A DNA stretch of 64,000 nt from Acutalibacteraceae bacterium (GCA_045614505.1 JAZLDA010000086.1:13927-77926); one strand, 5' to 3'. Shown: positions 19,481 to 29,063, numbered from the stretch's first letter. Numbers and translations are program-made. Notes: generated by a model from the sequence alone, not told the origin.

Positions 19481-20230
19481 TTATTTAAAGCCTAAGGTTT
19501 TTAGATTATTATAGCTTCTCAGAAGACAATCAAAGGGGTCTTCACCGTAGCAATCATCCTGCTCAACCAGCAAAAACTCAGTTCCTGCCTTTTGCGCTGC
19601 GGCGAAAACTCTGTCAAAATTAATGTTTCCCTCACCCACAACCGCCATTTTACGGTCAAAGGTATGATCTTTAAGGTGAATGCAGGGAACTCTGCCTGAA
19701 AGCTTTTCAATCCACTGAGCAGGGTCTCCGCCTGCTGTCTGTACCCAATATGTATCAATGGTAAAACCCATAACATCGGCGGGCATCATTTCTGCATAAT
19801 GCTCTATAATTGTCTTGCCGTTGTAGCGGGCAAATTCCTGGTCATGATTATGATACATAAAGTACTTTCCGCTTTCCTTAAAAACCTTAGCGGAAGATAA
19901 GTATTTTTCGGCAAGTAAATCGGGAGTCTCGCCTTTTTCAATATTAATAACGAAATACCCAAGTCCAATACAATCGCAACCGAATATACTGTGCTCGGCG
20001 GCAACCTTTTCGGGCTGTTCCATAATCTTAGCATAAGAGGGATGTGTTAATACACAGGAAAGACCGTTTTTACTGAGTTCTTCCTTCATCCACTCTGCTT
20101 CATATTCACAGGTGCCTGAAATTTGAACATACTCATATCCCATGTCTGAAACCTTTTTTAAGGTTTCGCTGATCCCCTCTGTTGTTTTGCAAAAATTTCT
20201 TACTGTATAAAGCTGTGCACCTATTCTCAT
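19481..20230 (-). CDS. Sugar phosphate isomerase/epimerase (xylose-isomerase-like TIM barrel)
   Basis: 249 aa. AP-endonuclease-2/TIM-barrel pattern (YHNHDQEF, HLKD, VEQD). 4-nt overlap with the upstream gene. Confidence 0.75.
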   Translation of the reverse strand: MRIGAQLYTVRNFCKTTEGISETLKKVSDMGYEYVQISGTCEYEAEWMKEELSKNGLSCVLTHPSYAKIMEQPEKVAAEHSIFGCDCIGLGYFVINIEKGETPDLLAEKYLSSAKVFKESGKYFMYHNHDQEFARYNGKTIIEHYAEMMPADVMGFTIDTYWVQTAGGDPAQWIEKLSGRVPCIHLKDHTFDRKMAVVGEGNINFDRVFAAAQKAGTEFLLVEQDDCYGEDPFDCLLRSYNNLKTLGFK

Positions 20231-21060
20231 AAAATCCCCCTCAATGCATTGCAGGCGACATCAAACGCTTCATCGCCGCTTCCGTATGACCTCATACCAA
20301 CCTGAATTTTTTCTCCTGTCTGCTCAAGGTTTTCAAGACCCTCAAACACCTTTAAGTGAGGCTCAAGAGTAATGGAATTTCCGCCCATAGCGGCATACTC
20401 CTTGAGAATTACGGGAATATTACCTGCGCCCTCACCTGCGGGAACTACATTACCGTCGCTCAGCGCGTCCTTAATATGGAGATAGTAAACATATTCCTTA
20501 AGCATTTCCCATGCTTTAAGGGTATCCTGCCCCGACTGAATGAAGTTAGCAGGGTCAAATACACCTTTGAGTTCAGGCAGTGCTTTAAAAAGTTCAAGAC
20601 ATCTCTCAGCAACATCGCCGTAAACGCCCTTTTCATTTTCATGGCAGAGCTGTACGCCGTATTCCTTGGCTATATCCAGCATTTTACCCAGTCTGTCAAT
20701 TACCTCATCTTTAAAATCTGCAGGATTACTTTCCTTAGGATAATAGAAAGAAAACATACGGATATTTTCGGATTCCATCATATTGGCAATTTCACAGGTG
20801 CGACGAAGCTTATCTAAGTGCTCTGCGAAATCTTCTCCCACCAGTTGAATCTTACCTATAGGAGAGCCGATGCTAAAGGTAACAAGACCGTTTGCATCAA
20901 ATTTCTCCTTAACTTCTTTTGCTTTTTGGTCAGTTATATCGGAAATATTGGTTCCGTCAACATTCCTTATTTCAATTCCCGAAAGGCAATTTCTCTTCAT
21001 AGCCGCTATCTGATTATCTATAACAGAACTTGCTTCATCAGCAAATGCGTAAACCTTCAT
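20227..21060 (-). CDS. Sugar phosphate isomerase/epimerase (xylose-isomerase-like TIM barrel)
   Basis: Start trimmed to MKVYAFADEAS (ATG 21060), preceded by AAGGAGG. CHENEKG, HIKD and LEPH motifs. Confidence 0.75.
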   Translation of the reverse strand: MKVYAFADEASSVIDNQIAAMKRNCLSGIEIRNVDGTNISDITDQKAKEVKEKFDANGLVTFSIGSPIGKIQLVGEDFAEHLDKLRRTCEIANMMESENIRMFSFYYPKESNPADFKDEVIDRLGKMLDIAKEYGVQLCHENEKGVYGDVAERCLELFKALPELKGVFDPANFIQSGQDTLKAWEMLKEYVYYLHIKDALSDGNVVPAGEGAGNIPVILKEYAAMGGNSITLEPHLKVFEGLENLEQTGEKIQVGMRSYGSGDEAFDVACNALRGIL

Positions 21061-21131
21061 ATCATCGCCTCCTTGACCTATTATACCATTTATCATTATA
21101 AATTCAATATGCAAAAAGCAACACAAAAACA

Positions 21132-21160
21132 TTGCAAAAACAAACATATTATGTTATACT
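21132..21160 (+). promoter_or_regulatory. Putative sigma-A promoter of the second AraC gene
   Basis: TTGCAA-17 nt-TATACT with a TGT extended -10. Confidence 0.45.
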
Positions 21161-21168
21161 AATTTCGG

Positions 21169-21963
21169 GTGATGTCAATGGATATTAAAATCACTGCAGC
21201 AAGATACAAAGACAAAAATCCAAATCAAGAAAGTTTCAAGTTGCATACACATAACAATTATGAAATTCTTTGTTTCCTTTCAGGTAACGCAGATTATTCC
21301 GTGGAGGGCAACCGATACAGACTTCTCCCCGGAGATATTATTATAATGAGAAAAAACGAATTTCATCATCTAATACTCAAATCAAATGCACCCTACGAAA
21401 GAGTAGTGGTGAATTTTGATATCCCCTTGAATTTATTTGATAACGAACTGCTCAATGCCTTTAATAAAAGGAATGCGGGAGAAAAAAACCTCTATCGTCC
21501 GAATTTACTCGGTGAAAACCATCTTGTGTACTATTTACAGAAAATGGTATACGCTGATAATGACCTGCGCCGCCTTTGTTATCTCCTCCCCTTTTTAGAC
21601 GAGCTCAGCAACTTTTTTGAAGCAGGCAATTTTGGAGAAGCACCATCGCGGGACCGTGCCACCGATGTTATAAATTACATAAATAAGCATATAACCGAGG
21701 ACCTTTCCCTTTCCTCCATTGCCGACCGCTTCTTTATAAGTCAGAATCACTTGAACCGAATTTTCAAGGAGTCTACCGGCACCACCTTATGGGATTATGT
21801 CACGGTCAAAAGGCTTATAATGGCAAAAGACAAACTCAATGCGGGAGAAAAGCCTACAGAGGCGTGTACATCCAGCGGTTTTAAGGATTATGCCACATTT
21901 TACCGTTCCTACAAAAAGCACTTTGAGGTTTCGCCGAAAACAGACAAGAAAAAGAAACAATAA
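21169..21963 (+). CDS. AraC-family transcriptional regulator (cupin N-domain plus HTH)
   Basis: 264 aa. HTHNNYEI cupin-like N-domain; C-terminal IADRFFISQNHLNRIFKESTG ... SGFKDYATFYRSYKKHF. The start could be ATG 21178. Confidence 0.85.
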   Translation: MMSMDIKITAARYKDKNPNQESFKLHTHNNYEILCFLSGNADYSVEGNRYRLLPGDIIIMRKNEFHHLILKSNAPYERVVVNFDIPLNLFDNELLNAFNKRNAGEKNLYRPNLLGENHLVYYLQKMVYADNDLRRLCYLLPFLDELSNFFEAGNFGEAPSRDRATDVINYINKHITEDLSLSSIADRFFISQNHLNRIFKESTGTTLWDYVTVKRLIMAKDKLNAGEKPTEACTSSGFKDYATFYRSYKKHFEVSPKTDKKKKQ

Positions 21964-21987
21964 AAACATTTGCGATTAGCGTATATT

Positions 21988-22024
21988 AAAAGAGAGCAGT
22001 TCCTCTGAACTGCTCTCTTTTGAT
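21988..22024. terminator. Bidirectional terminator
   Basis: AGAGAGCAGTTC/GAACTGCTCTCT stem flanked by AAA and TTTT. Confidence 0.75.
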
Positions 22025-22045
22025 TTTAAGCTATAATAATCCGTT

Positions 22046-23083
22046 TTATGTGTCGGAAGAGGATTCATTTTCTTCTCTGTCTTTTGATGATTCGTTATTT
22101 TCCCCGCTATCCTCTGATGAACTGCTTTCTTCGCTGTCGTCAGACGACCCACTGTCACCCTCACTGCCGGCCGACGAGTCATTTTCTTCATCCTCATCGG
22201 TAGAAGTATAGTAAGAAGTTATACCGAAATATTCCTCCAATGTCTGACCGCTTTCTTTCAGCAACAATGCAAGATCCGTACCTACATATCTTATATGCCA
22301 CGGCTCGCTCTTATATCCGGTAATGCTCTCTTTGCCCTCTGGGTAACGGATAATAAATCCGTACTCGAAACAGTGTTCTTTAAGCCATTCTCCTACCTTT
22401 TTGTACGTAGTCTCATAAGCCGCAGTACTACCGCTGTTAACGTCAATAGCAAGGCCTGACTGATGTTCCGAGTGGCCGGGGCGTGCAGAGTATCTGTCGG
22501 CTGCTGCGGCGCCGTCACGGTTACAGTAAGACTCGTATAAGCTCTTTTGCGATTTATAGCTTCTGAAACCTGAAGAAATCCATATAGAAATCCCGTCTTT
22601 CTTTGCCGCCGCCTTCATTTTGTTAAAGGCTTTATTGGAAAGTGACTGAAGTCCCGGATTATAGTTTCCGGGAAGAGCATAGGTTTTATTTACAATAAGC
22701 ACTCCGTTTATATAGGTAATTCCGTTTTTTACTTTTATTTCATATCCTTTAGAAGTAGTACCTATAACGGTTCCTCCTTTTACGGCAGGTGCAGGAAATG
22801 TGTCGGAAGAGGTGTTTTCTTCGGGCTTTTCCTGACTCGAAGCGTTCTCACTTTGAGTTCCCCTACTCGATGCATCTTTACTTGATGCATCTTTGCTTGA
22901 TACGTTCTCATCGGACGATTCATCACCGGAGGGTTCTTGAGATATGCTTTCCTCACTGCCTATATTTATGTTCAGAGAATTATCTGAATAGGAAGCTTTT
23001 CCCGTGCCTTTGCAACCGCTAAGCACAAAAACAGCACAAAAAAGTATTGCGGATATTTTAAAAATTCTTTTCATATTTTTCAC
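22046..23083 (-). CDS. M15B (VanY-type) D-alanyl-D-alanine carboxypeptidase lipoprotein with Ser/Asp/Glu-rich low-complexity segments
   Basis: 345 aa. Lipobox VLSGC; SGFRSYKSQ, SEHQSGLAIDV and EPWHIRYVG motifs; acidic Ser-rich N-linker and C-tail. Confidence 0.85.
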   Translation of the reverse strand: MKNMKRIFKISAILFCAVFVLSGCKGTGKASYSDNSLNINIGSEESISQEPSGDESSDENVSSKDASSKDASSRGTQSENASSQEKPEENTSSDTFPAPAVKGGTVIGTTSKGYEIKVKNGITYINGVLIVNKTYALPGNYNPGLQSLSNKAFNKMKAAAKKDGISIWISSGFRSYKSQKSLYESYCNRDGAAAADRYSARPGHSEHQSGLAIDVNSGSTAAYETTYKKVGEWLKEHCFEYGFIIRYPEGKESITGYKSEPWHIRYVGTDLALLLKESGQTLEEYFGITSYYTSTDEDEENDSSAGSEGDSGSSDDSEESSSSEDSGENNESSKDREENESSSDT

Positions 23084-23220
23084 TTCTGTTCAAAATTTGT
23101 CGTACAATATATTATATTCTTAACGGAATATTGTGTCAACCATTTTGAAAGCACAAATATTATTGATTATATCACCATTTTTTGGTATAATAATTATGTA
23201 TTAAGAAAGGAAAGAGCCTT

Positions 23221-23799
23221 ATGAGAATATGTGTTTACGGAGCGGCGTCTCCGACTATTGACAAAAAATATATAGAAATCACCGAGGAAATGGGAAAACA
23301 AATGGTAAGCCGCGGTCATTCCCTTGTTTTCGGCGGCGGCGGCAACGGACTTATGGGCGCAGCAGCCAGAGGTGTTAAGTCTGCCGGAGGAAAAATACTG
23401 GGTGTTATCCCCCGCTTTTTTGACGCAGAAGATATCGAGGCTGTTTGCGACTTCTGTGACGAGATGATGCAGCCTGAAACAATGAGAGAAAGAAAACAGC
23501 TTATGGAGGATAACGCCGACGCCTTTATCGTTGTCCCGGGTGGTATCGGCACTTATGAAGAGTTTTTCGAAATCCTCACCCTAAAACAGCTTTGCCGCCA
23601 CCAAAAGCCCATAGCCATTTATAATGTAATGGGCTACTATGACAGCCTTTATGCCGTTATGAAGCAGGCAATCGAGAAAAATTTCATTAAAGAAAACTGC
23701 CTCGACCTTTTCAAAATAACCAACAACCTTGAAGAACTCTTCGACTATATCGAAAACGACACATTAAGCTACACCGTAAAGGATTTGAAAGAGGGTTAA
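23221..23799 (+). CDS. LOG-family (TIGR00730) nucleotide phosphoribohydrolase
   Basis: 192 aa. GGGGNGLMG and PGGIGTYEE motifs. Confidence 0.85.
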   Translation: MRICVYGAASPTIDKKYIEITEEMGKQMVSRGHSLVFGGGGNGLMGAAARGVKSAGGKILGVIPRFFDAEDIEAVCDFCDEMMQPETMRERKQLMEDNADAFIVVPGGIGTYEEFFEILTLKQLCRHQKPIAIYNVMGYYDSLYAVMKQAIEKNFIKENCLDLFKITNNLEELFDYIENDTLSYTVKDLKEG

Positions 23800-23802
23800 A
23801 AT

Positions 23803-23920
23803 GCGAAGCGTTGTATATCATCAAACCGACAGATAATACACGCTTCGCGTGATGATATACGCCTTCGTCGATGATATACAGCCCTTTCGGGCTGATGATA
23901 TACCAAGCCTTTTGGCTTGG
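23803..23920. repeat. Array of short hairpins interleaved with three direct copies (plus one inverted copy) of GATGATATAC
   Basis: Direct copies at 23851-60, 23870-79 and 23894-903; inverted copy GTATATCATC at 23813-22. Hairpins GCGAAGCG/CGCTTCGC (23803-10/23841-48), AGCCC-TTTC-GGGCT (23880-93) and CAAGCC-TTTT-GGCTTG (23904-19). Confidence 0.85.
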
Positions 23921-23922
23921 AT

Positions 23923-23957
23923 AAAAAAATCCTCGTTCCGAAGAACGAGGATTTTTT
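23923..23957. terminator. Bidirectional terminator (LOG gene on plus, tRNA-Arg on minus)
   Basis: AAAAAAATCCTCGTT-CCGAAG-AACGAGGATTTTTT. Confidence 0.8.
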
Positions 23958-24031
23958 GGCACCCACAGTAGGAATCGAACCTGCATCTAAGTCTTAGGAG
24001 GACCTTATTCTATCCGTTGAACTATGTGGGC
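23957..24031 (-). tRNA. tRNA-Arg (anticodon CCU), CCA encoded
   Basis: Reverse complement GCCCACATAGTTCAACGGATAGAATAAGGTCCTCCTAAGACTTAGATGCAGGTTCGATTCCTACTGTGGGTGCCA folds by hand into a cloverleaf: 7-bp acceptor stem, anticodon stem AGGTC/GACTT, loop CTCCTAA, T-loop TTCGATT. There is one C-A mismatch in the T-stem. Confidence 0.8.
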
Positions 24032-24069
24032 ATATATGACCCGTGTGCTTGCGCACACGGGTATTTTTA

Positions 24070-25083
24070 TTATTCTCTGTAGCCGTTGGGATTATTCTTC
24101 TGCCAGCGCCAGGTATCAATACACATTCTCTCGATATCCAGCTCTGCCTGCCAGCCGAGAAACTCTTTTGCCTTAGAAGCATCGGCGTAAACCTCGTCCG
24201 GGTCTCCCGGGCGGCGTGGAGCAATAACATAGGGAATTTCCATATCAGCGGCTTTGCCGAAAGCATCTTTAAGCTGAAGAACAGAAACACCGTTTCCTGT
24301 TCCAAGGTTGAAGGCTTCGCAAGCCTCATTTTTAAGTGCCCAGTTTACTGCGGCAACGTGACCCTTAGCAAGGTCAACAACATGGATATAATCACGCACA
24401 CCTGTGCCGTCAACGGTATTATAGTCGTTACCGAAAACGTTAAGCTTCTCCAGTCTGCCTACAGCAACCTGAGAAATATAAGGCATAAGGTTATTGGGTA
24501 TACCCTTGGGGTCCTCACCGATTCTGCCGCTCTCGTGTGCGCCAATGGGGTTAAAGTAACGAAGCAGTGCAATACACCAGCTATTGTCACTTACATAAAG
24601 GTCGCGGAGCATTTCCTCAATAAAGAGCTTAGTTCTGCCGTAAGGGTTAATGGCGCCAAGAGGCATACCCTCTTTAAGAGGCATTTCTTTTGCAACACCG
24701 TAAACGGTAGCAGAGGAAGAAAATACTATTTTCTTAACATCAAACTCACGCATTACTTCTAAAAGCACAAGGGTGCTGATAAGGTTATTGTCATAATACT
24801 CTATGGGCTTTGCAACAGATTCACCTACTGCTTTGAGACCTGCAAAGTGGATAACGGCTTCAATGGAATTTTCCTTAAAAATATTTCTCAAAGCCTCTTT
24901 ATTGCGCACATCCTCTTTATAGAACTTTACGCTTTTGCCTGCGATATCCTGAACGCGAACAAGGGATTCCTCGTTACTGTTATCAAGATTATCAACTACA
25001 ACTACCTCATAGCCAGCACTCAGCATTTCAATGCAGGTATGGGAGCCTATGTAGCCTGCGCCGCCGGTTACTAAAACTGCCAT
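24070..25083 (-). CDS. galE: UDP-glucose 4-epimerase
   Basis: 337 aa. [13 protein letters not shown]; Y..K catalytic pair region ([10 protein letters not shown]). Confidence 0.92.
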   Translation of the reverse strand: MAVLVTGGAGYIGSHTCIEMLSAGYEVVVVDNLDNSNEESLVRVQDIAGKSVKFYKEDVRNKEALRNIFKENSIEAVIHFAGLKAVGESVAKPIEYYDNNLISTLVLLEVMREFDVKKIVFSSSATVYGVAKEMPLKEGMPLGAINPYGRTKLFIEEMLRDLYVSDNSWCIALLRYFNPIGAHESGRIGEDPKGIPNNLMPYISQVAVGRLEKLNVFGNDYNTVDGTGVRDYIHVVDLAKGHVAAVNWALKNEACEAFNLGTGNGVSVLQLKDAFGKAADMEIPYVIAPRRPGDPDEVYADASKAKEFLGWQAELDIERMCIDTWRWQKNNPNGYRE

Positions 25084-25183
25084 TTAAATCATCTCCGAAA
25101 TAATAATTGTCAAACACAAATTTCTATGTTATACTTATTATAATTACAACGCTATAAAAAAGCAAGAGTTTTTGGAGAGTTTT

Positions 25184-26101
25184 ATGAACAGTCTTATAAA
25201 TCCAAGCGTATATTCTGACACCTTTGCCCTGCCCGGCGGTGCTGTGGACAACCATATTAAAATTGCTTCCGCTATTCAACTCAAGGTGTTATTATACATT
25301 TTCCGTCACAGCAACGAGGAGTTGGACGCTGAAATAATCGCCAACGCTCTCTCCGTTCACACAGAAGAGGTAAATGACGCTATAGAGTATTGGGCAGGCG
25401 CAGGATTTTTAAATGCGCCTACAAAGGCTGTTCAGCCTCAAAAGGCTTCTGGCAAAAAAGCGCGTATGCAGAGTGAAAAGCCCACCCGCGAAGAGGTTGC
25501 CCGCCTTGCCGAAAATGATGAAAAGTTGCAGTTTTTATACAGAGAAGCGCAAAGTGTTTTCGGCAGAGGTCTAAAACAGAACGAGACCTCCCTTTTCGCC
25601 TGGCTATATACAGATGAGGGTTTGGACGTTTCTGTTATACTTATGCTTTTAAGGCTTGCCAAAAAGCAGGATAAGGTAAATGTCCGATTTATTGAAAGCA
25701 CTGCCATTGACTGGATAGACAGCGGTGTGGAAACCATTGCCGATGCCGAAGCCAAAATGAGCGAAGCTCTCCTTTACGACCAGTGCTGGAAGCTGGTTTG
25801 CACGGCTTTCGGAATCAACAAAAGAAAGCCAAGCAAAAAGGAAAGCGAGCTTTCATATCTTTGGGTAAATGAATGGAAATATGACCGCGCAATACTGAGT
25901 AAGGCTTATGAAATATGCGTTGACTCAACAGGAGAATTTTCTATTCCCTACATAAAAGCGGTGCTTGAAAAGTGGCACCAAAGCGGTGTTAAAAAGGTCG
26001 AGGACATAAAAGAGGACAATAAGGAAAACAAGCAAAAGAAAAACGATTTTGCTGCGTATGATAAAAACCTCATCGACCAAATTCTGAGTTTGGAGGATTA
26101 A
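25184..26101 (+). CDS. DnaD-domain replication initiation / helicase-loading protein
   Basis: DnaD-like repeat region (FGRGLKQNETSLFAWLYTDEGLDVSVILMLLRLA ... ILSKAYEICV). GGAG SD 6 nt before ATG 25184. Confidence 0.7.
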   Translation: MNSLINPSVYSDTFALPGGAVDNHIKIASAIQLKVLLYIFRHSNEELDAEIIANALSVHTEEVNDAIEYWAGAGFLNAPTKAVQPQKASGKKARMQSEKPTREEVARLAENDEKLQFLYREAQSVFGRGLKQNETSLFAWLYTDEGLDVSVILMLLRLAKKQDKVNVRFIESTAIDWIDSGVETIADAEAKMSEALLYDQCWKLVCTAFGINKRKPSKKESELSYLWVNEWKYDRAILSKAYEICVDSTGEFSIPYIKAVLEKWHQSGVKKVEDIKEDNKENKQKKNDFAAYDKNLIDQILSLED

Positions 26102-26104
26102 CCT

Positions 26105-27049
26105 ATGGCACTTTCTCACGAAACGGTGCAAAAGGCTCTTTATTTAAAGGAGCAGGCCATCAGAAAAGAAGAATATAGATATGAAAAAGCCTTGGAGAAA
26201 GCCAAGGAAGAATTCCCGAGAATTGCAGAGATAGATTTTAGTCTTGCTAACATCGGCGCCTCCCTTTTAGGTTATGCTATGCGTGGTGATACCGCCGCAA
26301 TTGATACTTGCAGAGCAAAAAGTGAAGCCCTCACCAAGGAAAAGGCTGAGCTTTTAAGCAAAGCAGGAGTAAAAGAAAAGCAGGTTTTCTGTAAGGCATG
26401 TGAGGATACAGGTTATATTTCGGGGAAACTGTGCGAATGTATAAAAGCCGTTGCAAGAGAGCTTGCTGTAAAAGAATTAAACGACAGTATGCCCCTTGAT
26501 GGAGCAGGCTTTGACAAGTTCCAAATCAGCTACTACCCCGAAGACGCGCAGGAAAAAATGCAGAAAATTCTTTCCTACTGCATTTCCTATGCAAAGGATT
26601 TTTCACTGGACAGCGATAATCTTTTATTTATGGGAAAAAGCGGGCTTGGCAAAACCCACCTTTCCCTTTCCATTGTAAAGGAAGTAATAAAGAAAGGCTT
26701 TAACGTGGTTTACGGACCTGCTCAGAGTCTTTTCGCCGCCGCCGAAAAAGAGCGTTTCAGTTATTCTGGCGACACCGAAAAGCTGGACGAAATTATGGAA
26801 GCCGACCTACTTATTATTGATGACCTGGGAACAGAGTTTATGACAAACTTCGTTCAGTCCCTTTTCTATGACATTATCAATTCAAGGCTACTTAAAAAGC
26901 GTCCTACAATTATTAATACTAATTTATGTTTTGAAGAGCTTGAAAGCCGCTACACTCCCAGAGTAACCTCACGGCTTATCGGTGAATATTCGGTAAAAAG
27001 TTTTGTAGGAAAAGATATCAGAGTGCTTAAAAAACTAAATAAGCAATAA
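26105..27049 (+). CDS. DnaC/DnaI-like AAA+ helicase loader
   Basis: 314 aa. Zinc module CKACEDTGY..CEC; Walker A GKSGLGKTHL; Walker B LLIIDDLGTE. Confidence 0.8.
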   Translation: MALSHETVQKALYLKEQAIRKEEYRYEKALEKAKEEFPRIAEIDFSLANIGASLLGYAMRGDTAAIDTCRAKSEALTKEKAELLSKAGVKEKQVFCKACEDTGYISGKLCECIKAVARELAVKELNDSMPLDGAGFDKFQISYYPEDAQEKMQKILSYCISYAKDFSLDSDNLLFMGKSGLGKTHLSLSIVKEVIKKGFNVVYGPAQSLFAAAEKERFSYSGDTEKLDEIMEADLLIIDDLGTEFMTNFVQSLFYDIINSRLLKKRPTIINTNLCFEELESRYTPRVTSRLIGEYSVKSFVGKDIRVLKKLNKQ

Positions 27050-27050
27050 T

Positions 27051-27091
27051 AAAAATTGTGCAGTCGCTTTAAGTGACTGCACAGTTTTTTG
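27051..27091. terminator. Bidirectional terminator
   Basis: TGTGCAGTC/GACTGCACA stem between an A-run and a T-run. Confidence 0.75.
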
Positions 27092-27093
27092 AT

Positions 27094-27738
27094 TTATTTC
27101 TTTATTTTCAGTTTCTTTTCTTCGCCTCTTAAAAGACGCTTTATATTATCCTTGTGTCGCCAGAAGACTATTATTCCGCCAAGAAGACTGAGTCCTATTA
27201 TAACAAAGTCAGGATTACTGATTCCGTTAAAGCCGTTAATACCTATAGAAAATCCAACAACCAGTACAGTTGCAATAAGAGTACTCAGTGACACTATTCG
27301 GGTAATCAGCATATTAACTGCATAGCCTATAAGTCCGGCAACTATTGCGAAAGGACAGCAAACAGCGAAAATTCCCACGCTTGTTGCAGCACACTTTCCG
27401 CCCTTAAAACCGAACCAAACAGGGAAAGCGTGGCCTACCATACAGGTTATGCCGCAAATATATTTTCCGTACATAACGGCAGTCGCGCTGTCGGGAAAAA
27501 CATATTTATAAACAAACAGACCAAGCAAAGCCGCCGCAACGCCTTTTAGAGCATCGCACAGAAAGGTAAGAATACCTGCGGTTTTTCCTGCAACGCGCAA
27601 AACATTGGTTGTTCCCGCATTTCCGCTTCCGTGTTCCCTTACATCGGTTTTGGAAAACAGTTTAGTAAATATAACTGCAAAGCTTATACTTCCGATAAGA
27701 TATGCAAATATGGGTGCCAGTACGGCAAGAGCTATCAT
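27094..27738 (-). CDS. plsY: Glycerol-3-phosphate acyltransferase PlsY
   Basis: 214 aa. YLIGSISFA, HGSGNAGTTN and GGKG motifs. Confidence 0.92.
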   Translation of the reverse strand: MIALAVLAPIFAYLIGSISFAVIFTKLFSKTDVREHGSGNAGTTNVLRVAGKTAGILTFLCDALKGVAAALLGLFVYKYVFPDSATAVMYGKYICGITCMVGHAFPVWFGFKGGKCAATSVGIFAVCCPFAIVAGLIGYAVNMLITRIVSLSTLIATVLVVGFSIGINGFNGISNPDFVIIGLSLLGGIIVFWRHKDNIKRLLRGEEKKLKIKK

Positions 27739-29063
27739 TTTTTATCTTCTCCTCTTTCTCTGATAACAAAACGAATAGGTGTGCCCTCAAGACCGAAAAT
27801 AGATCTTATTTGGTTTTCTAAATATCTCTGATAAGAAAAATGGAACAGTTCCTTATTATTACAGAAGCAAACAAAGGTAGGCGGTGCTGTGGAAGCCTGT
27901 GTCATATAGTAAATTTTAAGGCGTTTGCCTTTATCTGTGGGAGGCTGAACACGCGCAGTGGCATCAGCCAGAATATCATTGAGCTTACCTGTGGAAATAC
28001 GCATATTATTCTGCTCATAGACGAAATGTATAAGCTCAAAAAGTCTGTCAATGCGCTGACCCGTTTTAGCCGAAATAAATATAATGGGCGCGTAAGGCAT
28101 AAAGGAAAAATCATTCATCAGCTTTTTCCTGTATGCATCCATTGTGGTGCTGTCCTTTGCGACGGCGTCCCACTTATTCACCGCAATTATACAAGCCTTA
28201 CCCTGCTCCATAGCAAGTCCCGCAACCTTAGAGTCCTGCTCGGTAAAGCCCTCAACTCCGTCTATCATTATAACACAAACGTCGCTTCTTTCAATAGCCA
28301 TTTGTGCTCTGAGTACACTGTATTTTTCAATTTGCTCCTCTACCTTGCTTTTTCGCCTGAGACCTGCAGTGTCAATGAAATTATAGACAGTGTTTCCCTT
28401 TTCTATTCTGGTGTCGATTGCGTCCCTTGTGGTACCCGCAATATCCGAAACGATTGAGCGTTCCTCACCTGCTATACAGTTAACAAGAGAGGACTTTCCT
28501 GCGTTGGGCTTTCCGATAACGGCAACATTAATAATTTCTTCGTCTTCATCCTCGTTTTCTCCCGTTGGCAGAAAATCAAAAACTGCATCAAGAAGGTCGC
28601 CTGTTCCGTGACCGTGAACAGAGGAAACTGCAATAGGGTCCCCCAGACCCAGATTATAAAACTCATAAAACTCCAAGGGAGTTTTACCGAGGCTGTCGCA
28701 TTTGTTTACACAAAGCACCACCGGCTTGCCGCTTTTTTGAAGCATTGCCGCAATATCATTATCGGCGGCAGTCACTCCGGAAGTCAAATCTGTAACAAAA
28801 ATAATTACACTTGCGGTCTCAATGGCAAGGTTTGCCTGAGCGCGCATTGATTTTAAAATCACATCATCGGTTTTAGGCTCAATACCGCCGGTATCCACAA
28901 GCATTATTTTACGGTTACACCATTCGCAATCCCCGTAAATTCTGTCTCTTGTTACACCCGGAGTATCGTCAACAATAGAAAGCCGTTGACCGATAAGCTT
29001 ATTAAACAGTGTGGATTTGCCCACATTCGGTCTGCCTACTACGGCAACAACAGGTTTTGCCAT
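27735..29063 (-). CDS. der: Ribosome-biogenesis GTPase Der (EngA)
   Basis: 442 aa. Two G-domains (GRPNVGKST, GKPNAGKSS) plus a KH-like C-terminal domain. Confidence 0.93.
   Translation of the reverse strand: MAKPVVAVVGRPNVGKSTLFNKLIGQRLSIVDDTPGVTRDRIYGDCEWCNRKIMLVDTGGIEPKTDDVILKSMRAQANLAIETASVIIFVTDLTSGVTAADNDIAAMLQKSGKPVVLCVNKCDSLGKTPLEFYEFYNLGLGDPIAVSSVHGHGTGDLLDAVFDFLPTGENEDEDEEIINVAVIGKPNAGKSSLVNCIAGEERSIVSDIAGTTRDAIDTRIEKGNTVYNFIDTAGLRRKSKVEEQIEKYSVLRAQMAIERSDVCVIMIDGVEGFTEQDSKVAGLAMEQGKACIIAVNKWDAVAKDSTTMDAYRKKLMNDFSFMPYAPIIFISAKTGQRIDRLFELIHFVYEQNNMRISTGKLNDILADATARVQPPTDKGKRLKIYYMTQASTAPPTFVCFCNNKELFHFSYQRYLENQIRSIFGLEGTPIRFVIRERGEDKK

Noticed and set aside
24043-24762. Long antisense ORFs opposite well-supported genes (this one opposite galE; also 2958-3638, 18164-18883, 18887-19462, 27840-28457, 39086-39631, 56867-57391, 57662-58168, 60303-60959)
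   Set aside because: All lie entirely inside conserved genes on the other strand. They lack SD sequences and translate to compositionally odd, motif-free peptides, which is typical of shadow ORFs.
25184-27049. DnaD-domain plus DnaC/IstB-like pair as a possible prophage or IS remnant
   Set aside because: No integrase, transposase, repeats or phage structural genes flank the pair. The zinc-module plus AAA+ architecture fits the chromosomal DnaI-type helicase loader pair of Firmicutes.
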